A program made the position numbers and the translations under genes. A stretch of 64,000 nucleotides of DNA, from NCBI RefSeq assembly GCF_009914755.1, contig NC_060928.1, one strand, 5' to 3'. Shown here piece after piece: positions 39,485 through 57,450 of this stretch. This DNA is from the human T2T-CHM13v2.0 reference genome, Homo sapiens. The notes below the pieces were generated by a model. That model was not told the DNA's origin, searched no databases, and was given only the letters and a program-made list of their open reading frames with translations. How positions within the stretch are numbered: the first letter of the stretch is position 1; every line of letters starts with the position of its first letter.

Positions 39485-41189
39485 GACAGCTTCCTTTCTT
39501 GAACCTCATGAACCAACCTTTGCTAGCTTCAAACTTTTCTTCTGCAACTTCCTCACCTCTTTTAACTTTGAAAGAATTGAAGATAGTTAGGGTCTTGCTC
39601 TGGATTAGGTTTTGGCTTAAAGTAATGTTGTGGCTGATTTGATCATTTATCCAGATCACTAAAACTTTCTCCACGTCTGTAATAAAGCTATTTCACTTTC
39701 TTATCATTTGTGTGTTCACTGGAGTAGCATTTAAATTTGCTTCAAGAACTTTTCTTGTGCATTCACATCTTGGCTAACTCTTTGGTGCAAGAGACCAATT
39801 TTCAGCCTATCTGGGCTTTCAACATGCCTTCCTGGCTAAGCTTAATCATTTCTAACTTTTGATTGAAAGTGAGAGACATTCAACTCTTTCTTTTACTTGA
39901 ATACTTAGAAGTCATTGTAGGGTTATTAACTGGCCTAATTTCAGTATTTTTGTGTCTCAAAGAATAGGAAGGCTCAAAGAGTGAGGGCAAGATGAGGAAA
40001 CAGCTTGTTGGTGGAGCAATCAGAACACACAAAACATTTATCAATTGTTTGCTCTCTTATATGGGCATGATTCATGGCACCCTCAAACAATTACAATAGT
40101 AACATCAAAGATCACTGATCACAGATCACATAACAGATATAATAATCATGAAAACATTTAAAATATTATGAGAATTGCCAGAATGTAATACAGAGGCATG
40201 AAGTGAGCACATGCTGTTTAAAAAAAATGGCACCAATAACTTGCTCGATGCAGGCTTGCTACAAACCTTCAATTTGTAAAATATGCAATATCTGTGGAGC
40301 ACAATAAAATGAGGTATGGCTGTAAAAACAGGGAGAGATGCCAACCCCTGGCTTTCTCCAAAGACTGATGACTTCTCCAAGTTTGCCTTTTTATCACTCT
40401 GGGCATTTATTCCAAACTAATCTCATCTCATCTCTAAATTTTGCCTTCTTTCCTCCATTTCCATTTTTGGAGCACCCATAGAACCTCCCCATGTGAGATT
40501 AAGTTAGATCAGCACTGAACCAGGATGCTTGGCATGAGATAGAAAACCACTACCCACAAACCAATGTTTTCCTCTTCTGTTACCATGTTAAATATATCAC
40601 CAGTCTGCCTAAACCCGTGTTGTCATAAACTCTTTCTTCCCTGAGTCACTACAGATAACTGATTATATATTTTGAAATATTCCTCAAATCTGTCCTATTC
40701 TACTTTCTAGTTGAGACTTTTATTCCTCCCCCTTCAAAAATGAAATTATTTTCTGATTATCTCCTTTTGCCATTCTGTTCAGTCCTCCAATGAACCCTGT
40801 AATCCAAATATTTTGCCAGAGTTTCATTAAAAATATTTATGTTGAAAAATGACTGCTAATTTTCTGTTACATCACTTAAAGTCTAAGCTGCTCAGCCAAT
40901 ATTCTGTAGTTTCTACAGTTTGACTCTCACCTAATTTTCTGATTGCATTTTTTTCTTCATTCCAGCTTATACCCTCAGGAACCACACTCTCTCCAGCCAC
41001 ACCTCTCAGTGCTACTCCTAAAACACTTTTGTACTTTAAATATGTTCTCCTGATTAGAAAGGCCTTCCTCTCATTCCTGTCCATCAAAATCCTCTACATT
41101 AACAACTTTTCTGATAGGTTAAGTGGAAATCTCTCCTTTTCTTTTCTCATTTGCCATGGTGCATTTTTATCTCAAATATAGTCCTATTT

Positions 41190-43200
<2,011 letters not shown>

Positions 43201-46200
43201 TCCATTGTTTATAATTCTTAACTCTCAAGCCAGCTAATGAAAATATAATACATATGTAACCTATTTTTTAGCAAAGCATAGAAAGCATGTTCTATTTTAA
43301 TTGAGTGATGAGGGCGACAGGGGTGATGAAACTGAGGTTAGAATATTTTGAGAACCATTATGTGATTGTAAATTTCCTTAAACAACTCTATGATTTACAG
43401 AGGAAATGAAGTCATTGTAATCTCTTAGTCATCAGTTAAGGGAAAAAAAAAAAAAACAAGTAGAAGTGATACAATGCAAAAAGTCATCTTGACTGGATAG
43501 AAAAAGAACATATTTTCCTGGCTTGAAAAAGTTTCAAATTTCTTTTTAAGTTGTGCCCTCTAAAGTAAACTTTGACTCTCAAGTATATTTATTCAATCAA
43601 GATTATTATTACACTGCAGTGCTTAGGTGTAGTGGCTTCCTGTGGCTTTACCATTTTAAGCAACTGATGACATTTACCATAGAGATTACACATGGATTAC
43701 AATTCTGGAATGTACATTGTTGAGGGTTTCTTTTGATATCACAGTCTAAGGGAAGGAGTTAGAGTTTAATATTTTATAACTCGCAGCAGGTTATATATTC
43801 AAGCCAAACATGTTTTAGTAGTAATTCTTCAAGCTACCAAAGGCTGTTGCTACCAGAGAAAAAGGAAAGGTTAGTTTGCTACTGTGGTTCCCAGCAGAGT
43901 CTGTATCATATAAGAAGCATTATAAAGGAATCTGCTATTTTTTTCCTATAATATTTGGCTAACTACTACTTTTACTATGTGGTATCATGTTTGATAATGC
44001 CTCTCTAATATCTATCTGGAAATTTAAGTTTGCATAAGGCAATGCTGTGAATTTTAATCTACATATATATTCTTGGTTCCTAAGAATGATATTTCTGCAG
44101 CAGTGATTATGTATTGTATCATGTGACAAAATATAGATGAATTTAGTAAGCTAAATTCTGTTTTGAGTTGCGATGGTTTTCTTGAAAACTATGTTATTTA
44201 TGTTGGTACTAATTTAATTAAATTAACATTCAGAAATTACACAGCCAATTTGGCAACACTTAAATTAATGCTGCTATTTAATCAGCATTGTTAATGTGAC
44301 TTTAAGCATTGACAATGTCACCATTATTTAGTATTTACTTAATATTTCTGTTGTGCAGCACACTTAGAATAGTTCATTTCTTTAATTTAGACAATTCTTA
44401 TTATAGACCTATAGACTATCACCTATCAGAAAACCTATTAAAACACAAATACTTACAGTTAACCTCAAAGTGTGTCTACAATTGGATTAAATACAGACTC
44501 CTTGATGGCAATAGCTGTTTTCCACTGTCTAGGGTGCTTCTCTTCCTCTTATCTTCTTTGAAAATTGTGGAGGCATAAGGAAGTAAGCTCATCAATGACG
44601 TTGCTGGAAAGAAGGAAAACAGCATAGCCCCTTTGTTACCATCCGAATGTCTGGACATATTTAGAGCTCTCCTAATAAAAGTTGGATATATTCTTGTAAC
44701 AGGCATATTAAGACAAACTGTTTGTTTTCCTTAATTAGAAACAGTTCTTTCTTGCTTATTCTATTTACTTGAGAAAATACTCTCAGTTAATCATCTTTAA
44801 TAAGCATCCTTAGCCACTTCCTAATGCTATAATAAATATTCAAACATATAGATTGTCCAGTGTTCTAAGAGGCATAAAACTCAGGTATACATGGAAAAGT
44901 GAGTAGAGTGGTAGATGTAAGCCCAGTAAGAGAAAGTCACACAAGTAAAAGGAACACTTCAGGATGACTCAAACCAATGGAAAAGTTGGAAATATTGGCC
45001 TTTTGTCTATACTTTGAAGAACCTCTTTGTTTCTAGAAGTTACTTTTGCCTTTCTCTTGAGCCGTAATCTCCTGCCTTTAAGCTGCTAATAATTATAAAT
45101 CTGAAAGTTTGCTGCTCAGAGGAAGAATGCATTAATCTCTTCTGGCACTCATGCACCACCTAGAGTGCCTTTGTAGTGACCTGGAGGCCCTATGCCACAG
45201 AGATGGGAAACCTCTTTTCATTACTTGAAAAGACATGACATAAGCAGGCTATTTATCTGATATGAGGTGAGCAAGCAGCCAAAATACAAACAGAGATGTC
45301 ACAGAATGTCATGCGATAAGAGCTTGTTCTGGATTAATAGAAAAGACACTGACTAATAGGCATCTCTGACACCTGTATTTTCTCTTTGGAAATATTAATA
45401 TCAAGCCATCATTGGATTATTTATAAGTTACAATATGTAATTTAAATATGTGTAAGATAAATACAATTTTTCTCAAATATGATTGTATTAAAAACATTGC
45501 TATTTCCAAATATTTTAAATGGTATCTTAACCAATGTTTTTCTCACAAACGGAACAGTGAATGCTTTTCATATAGAAAAAACATCCCTACAAGCAAATAC
45601 ACTAAAAGATAGTATATTAAAAATGCCTGTACAAAAAGGAACCAAATTAAAGAACATATGTAATATGCTCAAACGTATCATTGAAGCTCGTATCTAAGAG
45701 TGACGTACAGTTTAAGAGCTTAAAGTATTTTGTAGCTTTTTGAAAATAGATCCTTCCTGGTAACATGTAAGGCTAATGTTTGATTTCCTTGCATTAAACT
45801 TTACAAAATATTTTCTGAAATGCCTTGCATACAAAGGCATGGAATTGCCTGGCACAGAAGTGGGAGGCAGGACATTTTAATCTATAAAATGGGTATAAAA
45901 TACCAATATCACATTTCTTACATAATTCTTACAAAAAGGAAAATACATCATGGATATAAAGTGCTTAGCATGTTGCTTGGTATATGGGATGTGCTCAATG
46001 ATCATTAGCTCCGTTATAATATTATTGCTATTATGACTAGGACATGCACAACATGCTAAAAGGGTTCAGAGGCAGGAGTGACAAACACAGAGAAGACTTC
46101 AGAAGAGATGACTTTTGAGCCTTACCTAGCATGCGAATATATAGTTGTCATAAAAAGATGGAAAGGAGCTAAAGCTAAAAGAATTACAATTACCGATAAG

Positions 46201-47599
46201 GTTGCAATTGTTCATTGAATTTGAAACCACTTATCTTTTCTCTGCACAGTACCAAAAGTAACTAAGTGGCAGATGGGGTACTAGGCAAATCTCAAGATTA
46301 TCTCAGTATTTAAGGGCAAATCACTTAAAATATCTGTTACTGAAATGGAGGAATTTCCTTCCTCTCTTGCCAAGGTATGATGAGGAAGAGCTGCTTTTAG
46401 AGCAAGTTTCTTCCAAAATTAAAAATGGCTCCCATGAGGATTTTCACTGCCAATGTGAGGCTGTATAAGTCATTTCTGTTTCACTGAAGAGCTACTAGCA
46501 CTCAGAATTAATTCAGTTGAAATCAGAGAGAGCAGAAAAGCTGCTGGAAATGTTCCTGTTGCAGCAGCAAATCAGAAGCATTGTGTGATTTTTTTTTTTA
46601 TTTTTGCCTGCAGTCTCTGACCCAACAAAAGTAGCACATGGACAATGCCATAGGTACCAGCTGAACCAGCTTTTGCAAATATTGTATAAATGTAAACCAA
46701 CTTTGAAATATTATATATACAAATCAGGAGACATACCGGATGCCGTTACAGTAATTAATTCAGTTGTTCATATAGAAATTAAACCTGCAGTGCAAGCAGG
46801 GCTGTTTTCATAAAGGCTATGATTAATAGGCAATCTATGCTGGGTCTTTCTGTCTGTCACAATGGGTGACTCAAACAAGTGAATCAAATGTTAAACTGAC
46901 TTTCCAAAAATAATACAGGAAGGAATAACAGTTGCAACCAAGCCTCCAGCCAGTCTGCTTATGGTGTATCAATAATTAATAAAACTTTGAATTAGGTGTT
47001 AGGTTTTTAATGCCTATTGCAGTAACAAGGGAGCTCATCCTTGTTCAGAAATCTTTAAGGTTTTTGTTCTTCACAGAAATTACTACTTGCCACACCAGTA
47101 TGGAATCATACAAAATATTAGAAAAAATGTGAAAATAGTATAAGTAAAAACAGAGGGAAAATAAGAGATTCGGCACATTTATGGAGGCTGGCAGTGGATA
47201 TTTAAGGATATCGAGATTAGGAGTTCTAAGGGTTTAATTGCTATCTCCTTTTTCAAAAAATGCAGGAGTCATGAAAGCCTGGCTACCTAGACCCCTTTGG
47301 AGCCTGCCTGGGTCAATCCAGAAATAGGTATCAAGTATAGCTGTAGATGAGAATCCACCAGCTGGTGGGGCCTATAATTAGTATGATTTCTGTAATCCTT
47401 GTGCAGATGAGGTTACCTCATGTCCCTGAGTATTCACCAAGCCATAAACTTGCCCTAATCTGCACTCTGTTTTCCCAATGAGATGCAGCTTTTGTCTTGT
47501 TTCCTGGTTTACATTCCAGTTTCCCAGGTGAGACTGACTGATTTCTTTGTTCAATTCCAGCAGCATTGGCTAGGACCCTGACCACCTGCTAGGCCTGGT

Positions 47600-48045
47600 C
47601 AGCCCTTTTCTCCTAAGAGGCTGGTCTCTGTGCTTGTTCCTTCAGCCCCTGGTGGAAATCTTGCTCTCAAAAAGCTCTTGATCCAATAACTGACTTGCAT
47701 GGGGGTTCCCACTGCTTTGTCTCATAACTAGACCAGCCAGATGTCCTTTGGATATACAGCAGCTCAGACTAAGCAAGAATTCTCTATGTTCTTTCAAATA
47801 CAGAATGCTGACTGCTCCCTTTGTGAGTGATCCCTGCAGTTGGATTTGTTAACCAGCCCCAGTCCAGGCTCTTGGTGGCCAGACCAGATCTCCTTCAGAG
47901 CACAGGAAAACTCATCCCAAAGCGGCTCTGAGTTGTTGCTGTGGAGGCTCCCAGAAGCTTCTTTCTCTATTGTCTTCGGTTTAATGAAAGTCTTGCCTGA
48001 GAGGTTACCCACCGCCCCTCTGACAGCCAGCAGCCGATTACATGG

Positions 48046-48076
<31 letters not shown>

Positions 48077-48300
48077 AACAGCAACCTGATAGGCCTAACT
48101 CTGTGGTGCAATTTGTATTTCAGGGTTACCCTGTAGGACAGACTAAATCTCTTCTCTCCCAGAGACAACATACTTGATTAGCCATTTTCCCCAACAGATC
48201 TCTGTGTCTCTTGCTTCCCTTCCGAGCACACTCCCATAATAAATCACTTCCACGAGGGGCCCCATTTTAGGCTTTGCTTCTAAAGAAGCTCATTGAAGAA
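47600..48300 (+). mobile_element. Old ERVL-type LTR (LTR33/41-like)
   Basis: The 3' end cactcccataataaatcacttccac...ggctttgcttct resembles the ERVL LTR R/U5 region. The 5' limit is uncertain and may extend to about 47180. Confidence 0.5.
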
Positions 48301-49211
48301 AACTTTCTTTTCTCCTTGGCCCACTGCTGAGATTGTAGACTTGAAACCAAATCATGGGTTAACAACCTCTCATGTCATAGGCTAGGCTATAAAATCACAT
48401 CAGTGGCAATACCATCTGCCAAGTCAACAAAACCTGTTTTCATCCTCTCTTCTTTCTAATCCCCACAGCCAGTCACTAAGTGCCACCTCTTCTTTACTGC
48501 ATGCCCCCAGCAAACTTTACATGACAAAAGATTTGTTCCACACATCTGAAAGTGAAATAGGGCTCTATCGAAATGTACCGGAGTCCCAAAACTCAGTATA
48601 TGTTACCATGGGTATTACCAGATCTGATTTAAGGAGCTGAGTTCCCAGAAAAGGTGAGTATTTACACACCCTTATTCCTTAGCTTGTTGGGAGCTAGATT
48701 TCTTTTTGAATAGAGCAGTTCTTTAAAGACTTTAGGTCACAAAATATTCAAAGGAGTTTTGTACAAAATAGTCATTAAGCCACCTAGATAGCAAGGATGG
48801 CCTTATCATCTACCTGCAGCATAGTAGAAAAATAAAAACGAAATAGTTGGGTTTTTTTCTTATTTCATGTAATCTGTCTTATGCTCCTTAAATATGCCTT
48901 TGAGACAAATATATTTTGAGTAGAATGTACAATCAGCAAGTTTTCCATTATTTACAAATTGCTAAGTATATCCTGTCAAAACACTCACTAAAAATACTGC
49001 ACATTCTCTCAATCATGCTAAGAAAAACACAATCACTCAATGAAGAGTTTGCCTACGGAATATCACACCCTTCTAAATAAAGTTTTAGGGAAACCATATG
49101 AGATACTTTGTTCCACTTTTCCTGTTTGCTAAAAATTAGCTTATCAGAGACCTGCAGAGTAGTCTTTTAAAAGCCTCATTAGCTTGTGTTTTGATTAATA
49201 ATTAGAAACAT

Positions 49212-49683
<472 letters not shown>

Positions 49684-50339
49684 TATAATTAGAAATATTT
49701 ATCAGTCATTGGAAAAATTTAACAGATGCCTGACTAAGCACAGTTATAGGCTGTTCTTAACCTCTTCTTTTCTCCTTTATATGTTTCACTTAACCCCACG
49801 TCCTTTCCATCCAAAATGTCACCTCCACACCATAACTTTTCACCATTTTTATTCAAAGTAATCTTAGCTTAATTTAAATTATTTCTAAAACATCATCCCT
49901 AAGCAAGGTTGTAAGGTGAGTGGCACAGCACAGCATATAAAATTTAGAGACCTGACTTTTATGTCAGCTTTGTCTTTTCCTTCCTATGTGTCATTTAGTC
50001 TGCTTCTTAGTCTTTCTTACGAGATTACTTTGATCATCTGTAAAATGAGAATGTGAGAACAGTGAGCCTGAGGATACCTTTTTCAGCTCTAACATCCTAT
50101 AATGCTACAATTTCATCTCTGGGTCCTGGTTCTTGCCATTTAATTCCAACTTTTCTTATAGCAATTACTTACTATTGGGCACTGCCCCTGGTTAAAGATC
50201 TACTCCCTCGATTTTTTTTATCCTCCAATTCCTCTTTTCCATCCTAAGTCTCCAGAGTCCATTTCTTTCAGGGTTCTGCTCTCTGCTAAGAAAAATCAGC
50301 TTAGAAAGAGGCTTGGCCATTCAATAAAGAAGTAGGGTC

Positions 50340-51421
<1,082 letters not shown>

Positions 51422-51710
51422 CTGCCAAACTGCCAAAGAGTGTTGTCAGAAAGAGCTTATTTCAAGCAATACAGAATGAAACCCAACTGGCTTCAACTAG
51501 ACATTAACCTAGATATTGATGTAAATATCTCTAATATCAATCCAGAAATCCTCATACCATCAAGGCCAGGGCAGTGGAGAGCTCAAAGGCAAAGCATTCT
51601 GGGATAAGGCTTTGTCAAGGCAGTGAGAAAAACTGTGACGCATGCCTTGTTTAGAATAAAACTCCATCCTTTCTGTGGCAGATCCCAAAGAATGAAGAAA
51701 AAAAAAAAAA
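51422..51710 (+). mobile_element. L1 3'-transduced flanking sequence with a second poly(A)
   Basis: About 276 bp of non-L1 sequence with AATAAA at 51655-51660 and A13 at 51698-51710. It is followed by the TSD AAAGAAGTAGGGTC (51708-51721), identical to 50326-50339. Confidence 0.85.
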
Positions 51711-51989
51711 GAAGTAGGGTCCTGTCTTGAATGTCATTAATTAGCTTTGCAAACATGGCACGTGGTGTACATTTCCTTTTCCTTGTGCATGAAATGGAAT
51801 TAATAATACTATTGTCAGTTTTTAATGTAGGTGTTAGGACAGTGAGAGCAAAGAGTAATTATGAAGTATTAAGTGTCATGAAAATGCAGTATATTTTGAC
51901 AAATGAACACATTAGCATGGTCGTCCATGTAATCTGTCCTAAGTAACTCAAGTTCTTTTTTTTTAAAAAAAATTACTTTATTATGTCTA

Positions 51990-52117
51990 TTTTGTTTTGG
52001 AGACAAGGTCTTGCTATTTTGCCTAGGCTGGATTCAAATTCTTGGGCTCAAGGGATCCTCATGCTTTACAAACCTGCTGAGTAGCTGGCACTACAGCCAT
52101 GCCCAGTGTGCCTGGCT
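51990..52117 (-). mobile_element. FLAM / Alu monomer
   Basis: Antisense monomer ggagacaaggtcttgct...gtgcctggct. Confidence 0.8.
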
Positions 52118-55100
52118 TCATGTTCTTTTTAATAAGGTCGTCAATAGACAAATTGATTAATCAAAAACAATGATCCTTTAGGTCTGCCAGTTCTGTGGGG
52201 AAGATGTTTAGGCTAAGAGAGGAGCTTTATGGCCCATCTCTAGTTGTATTTAAATGCACAGATTTTTGGGTAAACACAAATGGGCTTTGCTTGGATTTAT
52301 GTCTTTTTGGATAAAACTGGTCTAGCTATACTTAACAATATTGTGAAAACTACTCAATATGCAAGGCCAGTGAATCAGGTGGAGAGATCTTTATATTTTG
52401 AATCCAGAATCTGGGATAAAAAAGAAGAGGGTTTAGCTTTAATCCTATATGATTATGTTTAACAATGAATAACGATTCTGAGGAATGGCATGTTGTGAAT
52501 TAAAAATAATACCTCCTTAAGATGACATAACGAAGCCTTTGATAACTCTGAAAAACTAAGACACAAAGAACCTAATGGATCAACCATAGCCACAAAATCT
52601 GATTTTCCCATTCCCAAATAATTATGGGGTATAGCAGTGGAAGCACGTTTATGCAAATATTGAGGCATTATTCAAGAGTCTTCATGTTTGATATTTAACA
52701 TCCCAGAGCCTCAGTTTCTTTATTTGCAGAATTATGGTAACCTCAACCACTTGGTTGTTTCAAAGCTTGAATAAGAAAATTTATATTAAAGTAGCTTACA
52801 TAAACTTGACACAAATGCAGACAATAGTCTCTGAATTGCCAAGGCACCAAATATCAAATGCATACATTTAGTATTACAACTTCTTTTTGTTCTCTGAATT
52901 TTGTGCAATATATCCTTTCTCTGCTATCTTTCAAATATTCAGATATGGTGTACAATTTTTGCATTCAAGGATCATGGTCTTATACTTTTTAAATATACCT
53001 CCTTCTTTATCTCCCTCATATTCAATGGTTGGTTCATCTTAATGTGCCCAAGTTTAATATGTTTTTATGTTTTAGAGAGGACATACTATAATGGCCTTTC
53101 TTTAGTACCGGATATTAGAACCCATGAAAATATAATTAACGTCTACTGGCTTTTTTGCATAGCAAACTTCCCATTTTCATTAGTAGGGCAATATATATCT
53201 GGTTAAAATAAGGGGCTGTGTAACAAGGCAGAATACCCTTTGGGGAAAAATGAATTAAGCTTTTCTTGGTATTCTATCATTTGTACTGTGATCATGTAAG
53301 TGGTTTTATTTCTCTGGGCTCCATTTTCTTTCATAAAACAGAGATGGAATGTTTTCTTGCTTCTTTCACAAAATCATTAAATAGTTGCTTATTTCACAAA
53401 ATTATTAAGTAGCTGTAAATAACTTTAGCTAATGTATAAAGTTATACAAATATAAAAATTTATAAACTGAAAGGTAGTGATATAGATAATATTGCTATGT
53501 TTGGCTTCATTAAACTTTTGTCATATAATACCAACTCTATGATTTCTGTAAGAGTTGAGGGTCCCCTGAGCTATTATTTACATGATACTTTTATATCAGC
53601 TCTATTTTACAACCAAAATTAACTTATTTTTAAAAGAAACTTTATATCACTGTTATAAATGGAAAACAAATATAACTTTGAAAAATAAAAGATAATTTTA
53701 AAAATGAATTCCATAAAAAAGATGCCATTAAATTCTAGCTAAATACTGCTGCCTATGATGCCTCTGACCTGCTCTCTTTGAGAAAATCAGAAATGAATAG
53801 ATGTTATAAAGGCCCTAAAAATTGTACTAGCTTCACACTAAAGCTTTGTACTAGATGTAAATCAGAAGTATTGAAGTATATTTTAAAAGAGAACAACTTT
53901 CTCACTATGTCATTCTCTGCTATTTCTTTAATTACTTAAAATTATCTTGCCTACCATCTGTTAGACATGTCTGCCATTTAGAGGAAAATTGGTACAGCAG
54001 GAAGTGTAATGGGCTGGAAATCTATGGTCTCACAAATCTCCCAAACCTTGGAATGTCACTAAAGTCTAAGAACCTTAGTTTCTTACTTTAAAGTAGGGAT
54101 ACTGGGGTATACTGTTTCTAAAGTCCCTCCTCCCTGAAATGCTCTGCAATATATTTCATTTATATATGCAGAATAGATGCATCTAATTTAGTAAATAACT
54201 GAGAATATCTAGATTCGCATGTCTGGAGAAACTGTCTTCCTTATCACAATGTTCTGTCTTATAAATAAAGTCATTCTGAACTTCTATTGAAGTCGCCAAT
54301 TCAGGAGACATCCAGGCTTATGGGGAAATCAGGAATTTACCTTAATAGTATCTGTAATAGGAGATTATATGCAATAGAGTATGTGAAATTATCAGCCATT
54401 CATGAGTAATAGGCTACCCTGACCTCCTCTGCTAAAGTGCTACAGAAATGTCTTGATTGATTGTATGTTTTTACAAAGGAAAAGAAGAAAAGGATAGATT
54501 ACTGTACTCTACTTCTAACAAGCTTTTTGCAAGCACACCAGAATAAACACAACATTGGATAAATTTAGGAGACCTTTAGTCTTGTAATTGATGGGTTCTC
54601 AGTGATTTAATGATGACTTGAAACTCAAGCCTTGATAATGTCCTCCACTCTGTCAAGCAGGTCATTTAAGTTTGTGGGTTATACTGACCTATGCTTCTTA
54701 TTACATATTTTAGACTTTACCTTTCTTGAGACAACCATTACACATGTGCATGCACACACACATATTTTATATTAGCACAAGGTAGGCAAAGCTTATCTGA
54801 AATTCTTTTCATTTATGGCGACTTACAGATTTTCATGTCCAATTTTATGAAATATATGTTCTTATAAAGCCCAAGAGTATATATTCTTCCAATTTTTTCA
54901 TTGCTTATCATAAAAGCTAGTGAATGTGCATCAAAACCTTTGCATTTAAGACCAGGGGTTAGAGACTTGCTTAGGGAAACTGATCAGTAACTAAACTGGG
55001 GTAATATTCCCTGAGCTATTTCCTGGGTCTGTCACATTGCTAAGCATCCATCCCCATTCCAAGACTCTTTATCTCCTCCCACACCAATGCCTACTAATAC

Positions 55101-57039
55101 CTAGCTTGCCTCTCCTTTGGAATTATGGCTCCTATCTTTGGAACCTTGGATATGTTAATGAATGTTACCCCTATTTACATTTACTAGTCCAACTCAATAA
55201 TTGTTCTGGATTTTCCCCCAGATCTCTACTCATCTATTATCATTTTCAGATCAAAGACACACCCCTATGTCTAAGGGGTCAGAATAATTGGCCACCTGCT
55301 TTAGGCTCCCAGCTGCTCATTCTGTCTCCTAACTCCAGTCTTCTATCCCCTGGGATAGTCTGTAACTATATATTACCCCAAAGGAAAAAATATCTGTAAA
55401 AGAAAACAAAAATAAGAAAAGAAATATAGCTTGCTTCCCTGAAATTAAAACTGATCATATTTTTAATCAAAGGGAGTTATTAGAGTAAGTCATCAATATG
55501 AATGTAAACCAGCTATGGTTTCTTTCATGGAGGATAAATTAAATTGAAAGTCTCAAGGTCAAACATCAATAACAGCTTAAATAAACAGAATGTGTTGGGC
55601 TGAAATGTCACTCCATTTCTATTTCAGCCTTCTGTGGGAGAGCTTCTGCCAATATGTGGTTTGAGCTTTGCAAGGCAAACATAGGCTAAGCCATTTATTG
55701 TCTTCTAAGCCATCAACTGGTAATCAGTATAACTTATCACCACAGAATGGGTTAAGCCTGGTTATTGTCTACCCTCACAAATACCCTCAAACCAGGATTG
55801 CTCATACATGCATTTCAAAAATATATACCAAATAAAAGTGAATGCAAGGTGCCAAAGCATCTTTGGTGCAGGATATCTCTGCCCTCTCTCTCAAACTTTG
55901 TGTATCTAGAAGTCTGGAAGCTCTGAATAATCAGCTCAGACATCAATAGTTCTTTCCTCTTCAGTTTCTATAATACCTAGAAGCACTTAACATAGCACTT
56001 GGCACAAAATAGTTTTTGTAATGGCAGATATAATTACTTTGGGGTTTCCCTTACCTACCTGATTCTGAGCTTCCCATCTCTCAGGTTGTATTTGTAAGTC
56101 ATAAACAAAGTCTTTGTAAGACTTACAAGTTATTTGTAAGTCATAAACAGGGTAGCCCAGGTACCCATAGTGTTCCTCATCAGAGCCAGGAACAGGACCC
56201 TTAAAGATGAGGCAAGGATAGAAACCCTCTGTTACCCACTTTGAGTTGGCCCATGCACTGGGTTTACATCAGCAAAACCAATTTCTTGGTTCTCTCTTTA
56301 CCAGCATCTATATGACTCACTTTTTTTTCTTTTTACTTTAGTTTTGTTCAACCCTTGGGAGTTATTAAGCTAAAGCCAAAAAAGGTGCAGCTGGAACTGC
56401 CACTCACCAGCTGTGGGACCATGAGCAAGTTATTTAACCCATCTCTGACTCTCATCATCTTAGAAGTCTATCACTAACTCATTATATGATTATGAGTAAA
56501 ACACTTAACTCACCCTGTTTCCTCATATCCAAAATGAAGTTGATGGACTTGACATTGATAGATAATATTCAAAATTCCTCTAGAACTAAACTTTTTGTTT
56601 ATTGCCAGATGTTTATTTAAAAGAAAAAGAGCACACCTTTGAGAAAAGTTTGTCACCAAATATACAATATTTTTCCCCTTATGACATCAGAAGTTTAGTA
56701 AAAAGAATCTATAGTACATGTGTTATTCTACTTTAGATTTTGTGGCTTTTATCTATATTTAATTTTCAAGACATTTTATTTGCTTCCAAAACAAGTGGAA
56801 ACAAGATTTGTAAGTAAACAACATTCACTTTGTATTGAAGCAACACTTAATTTCTGCGCTCATCAACTTACAAATTGCCTATGACAATAGAAATACTTTC
56901 CATATTGGCATTTGACACGGATTGAAACAGTATACGGAACTAGTGTAAACAACAAATTTAGAACAGCAAGTTCTAAAAAAAAAATCTCACTTCTCAACAG
57001 AGCTTGTTTTTCAAGGAAAGGAAAGAACATATTGAATTT

Positions 57040-57450
57040 ATTATTGCTTCATGATAAAACAGCCTAAAACCTAAGTGTCTTAAAACAATGATGATTTTTA
57101 ACATTCTCTGGATTGACAATGCTTTTGCTGGTCTCATCTGAAGTCACTCATATGGCTGCATTCATGTGACAACTCAACTGGGAAAAGCTTTGTTCACATT
57201 TGACAATTTGTGCCGGCTGTGCCCTGTCACCTCCAGATGCTCTTTCCCCTCCACTGTAAGGTAATCCAAGGTCCCAAGAGGGCAAGACCAGAAGCTGCCA
57301 GGCCTCTGAAGGCCTAGGTGGAATTTACAGTCAGAAGACCATCCCAGACTTGCGAAGGTGAAGAAATAGACTCCCACCTCTTAATGGCAGAAGAAGCAAA
57401 TTCACATTGCAAAAAGGCACAGAGTGATTTATTATAACAAGCTGCCATGT
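57040..57450 (-). mobile_element. Old MLT1-type MaLR LTR
   Basis: aaaacctaagtgtcttaaaacaa...tggctgcattc...aaatagactcccacctcttaatgg...cacattgcaaaaagg. Confidence 0.65.

Larger units (their letters stand above)
37488..40322 (-). mobile_element. Near full-length Tigger1 (pogo/TcMar) DNA transposon with nested L1 and Alu
   Basis: 5' TIR ...AATAAAATGAGGTATGGCTG|TA at 40322. ORF 39465..39674 ([12 protein letters not shown]...[12 protein letters not shown]) is a CENP-B-like HTH of Tigger transposase. About 2.3 kb remains after removing the nested insert; the 3' TIR is not evident. Confidence 0.92.
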
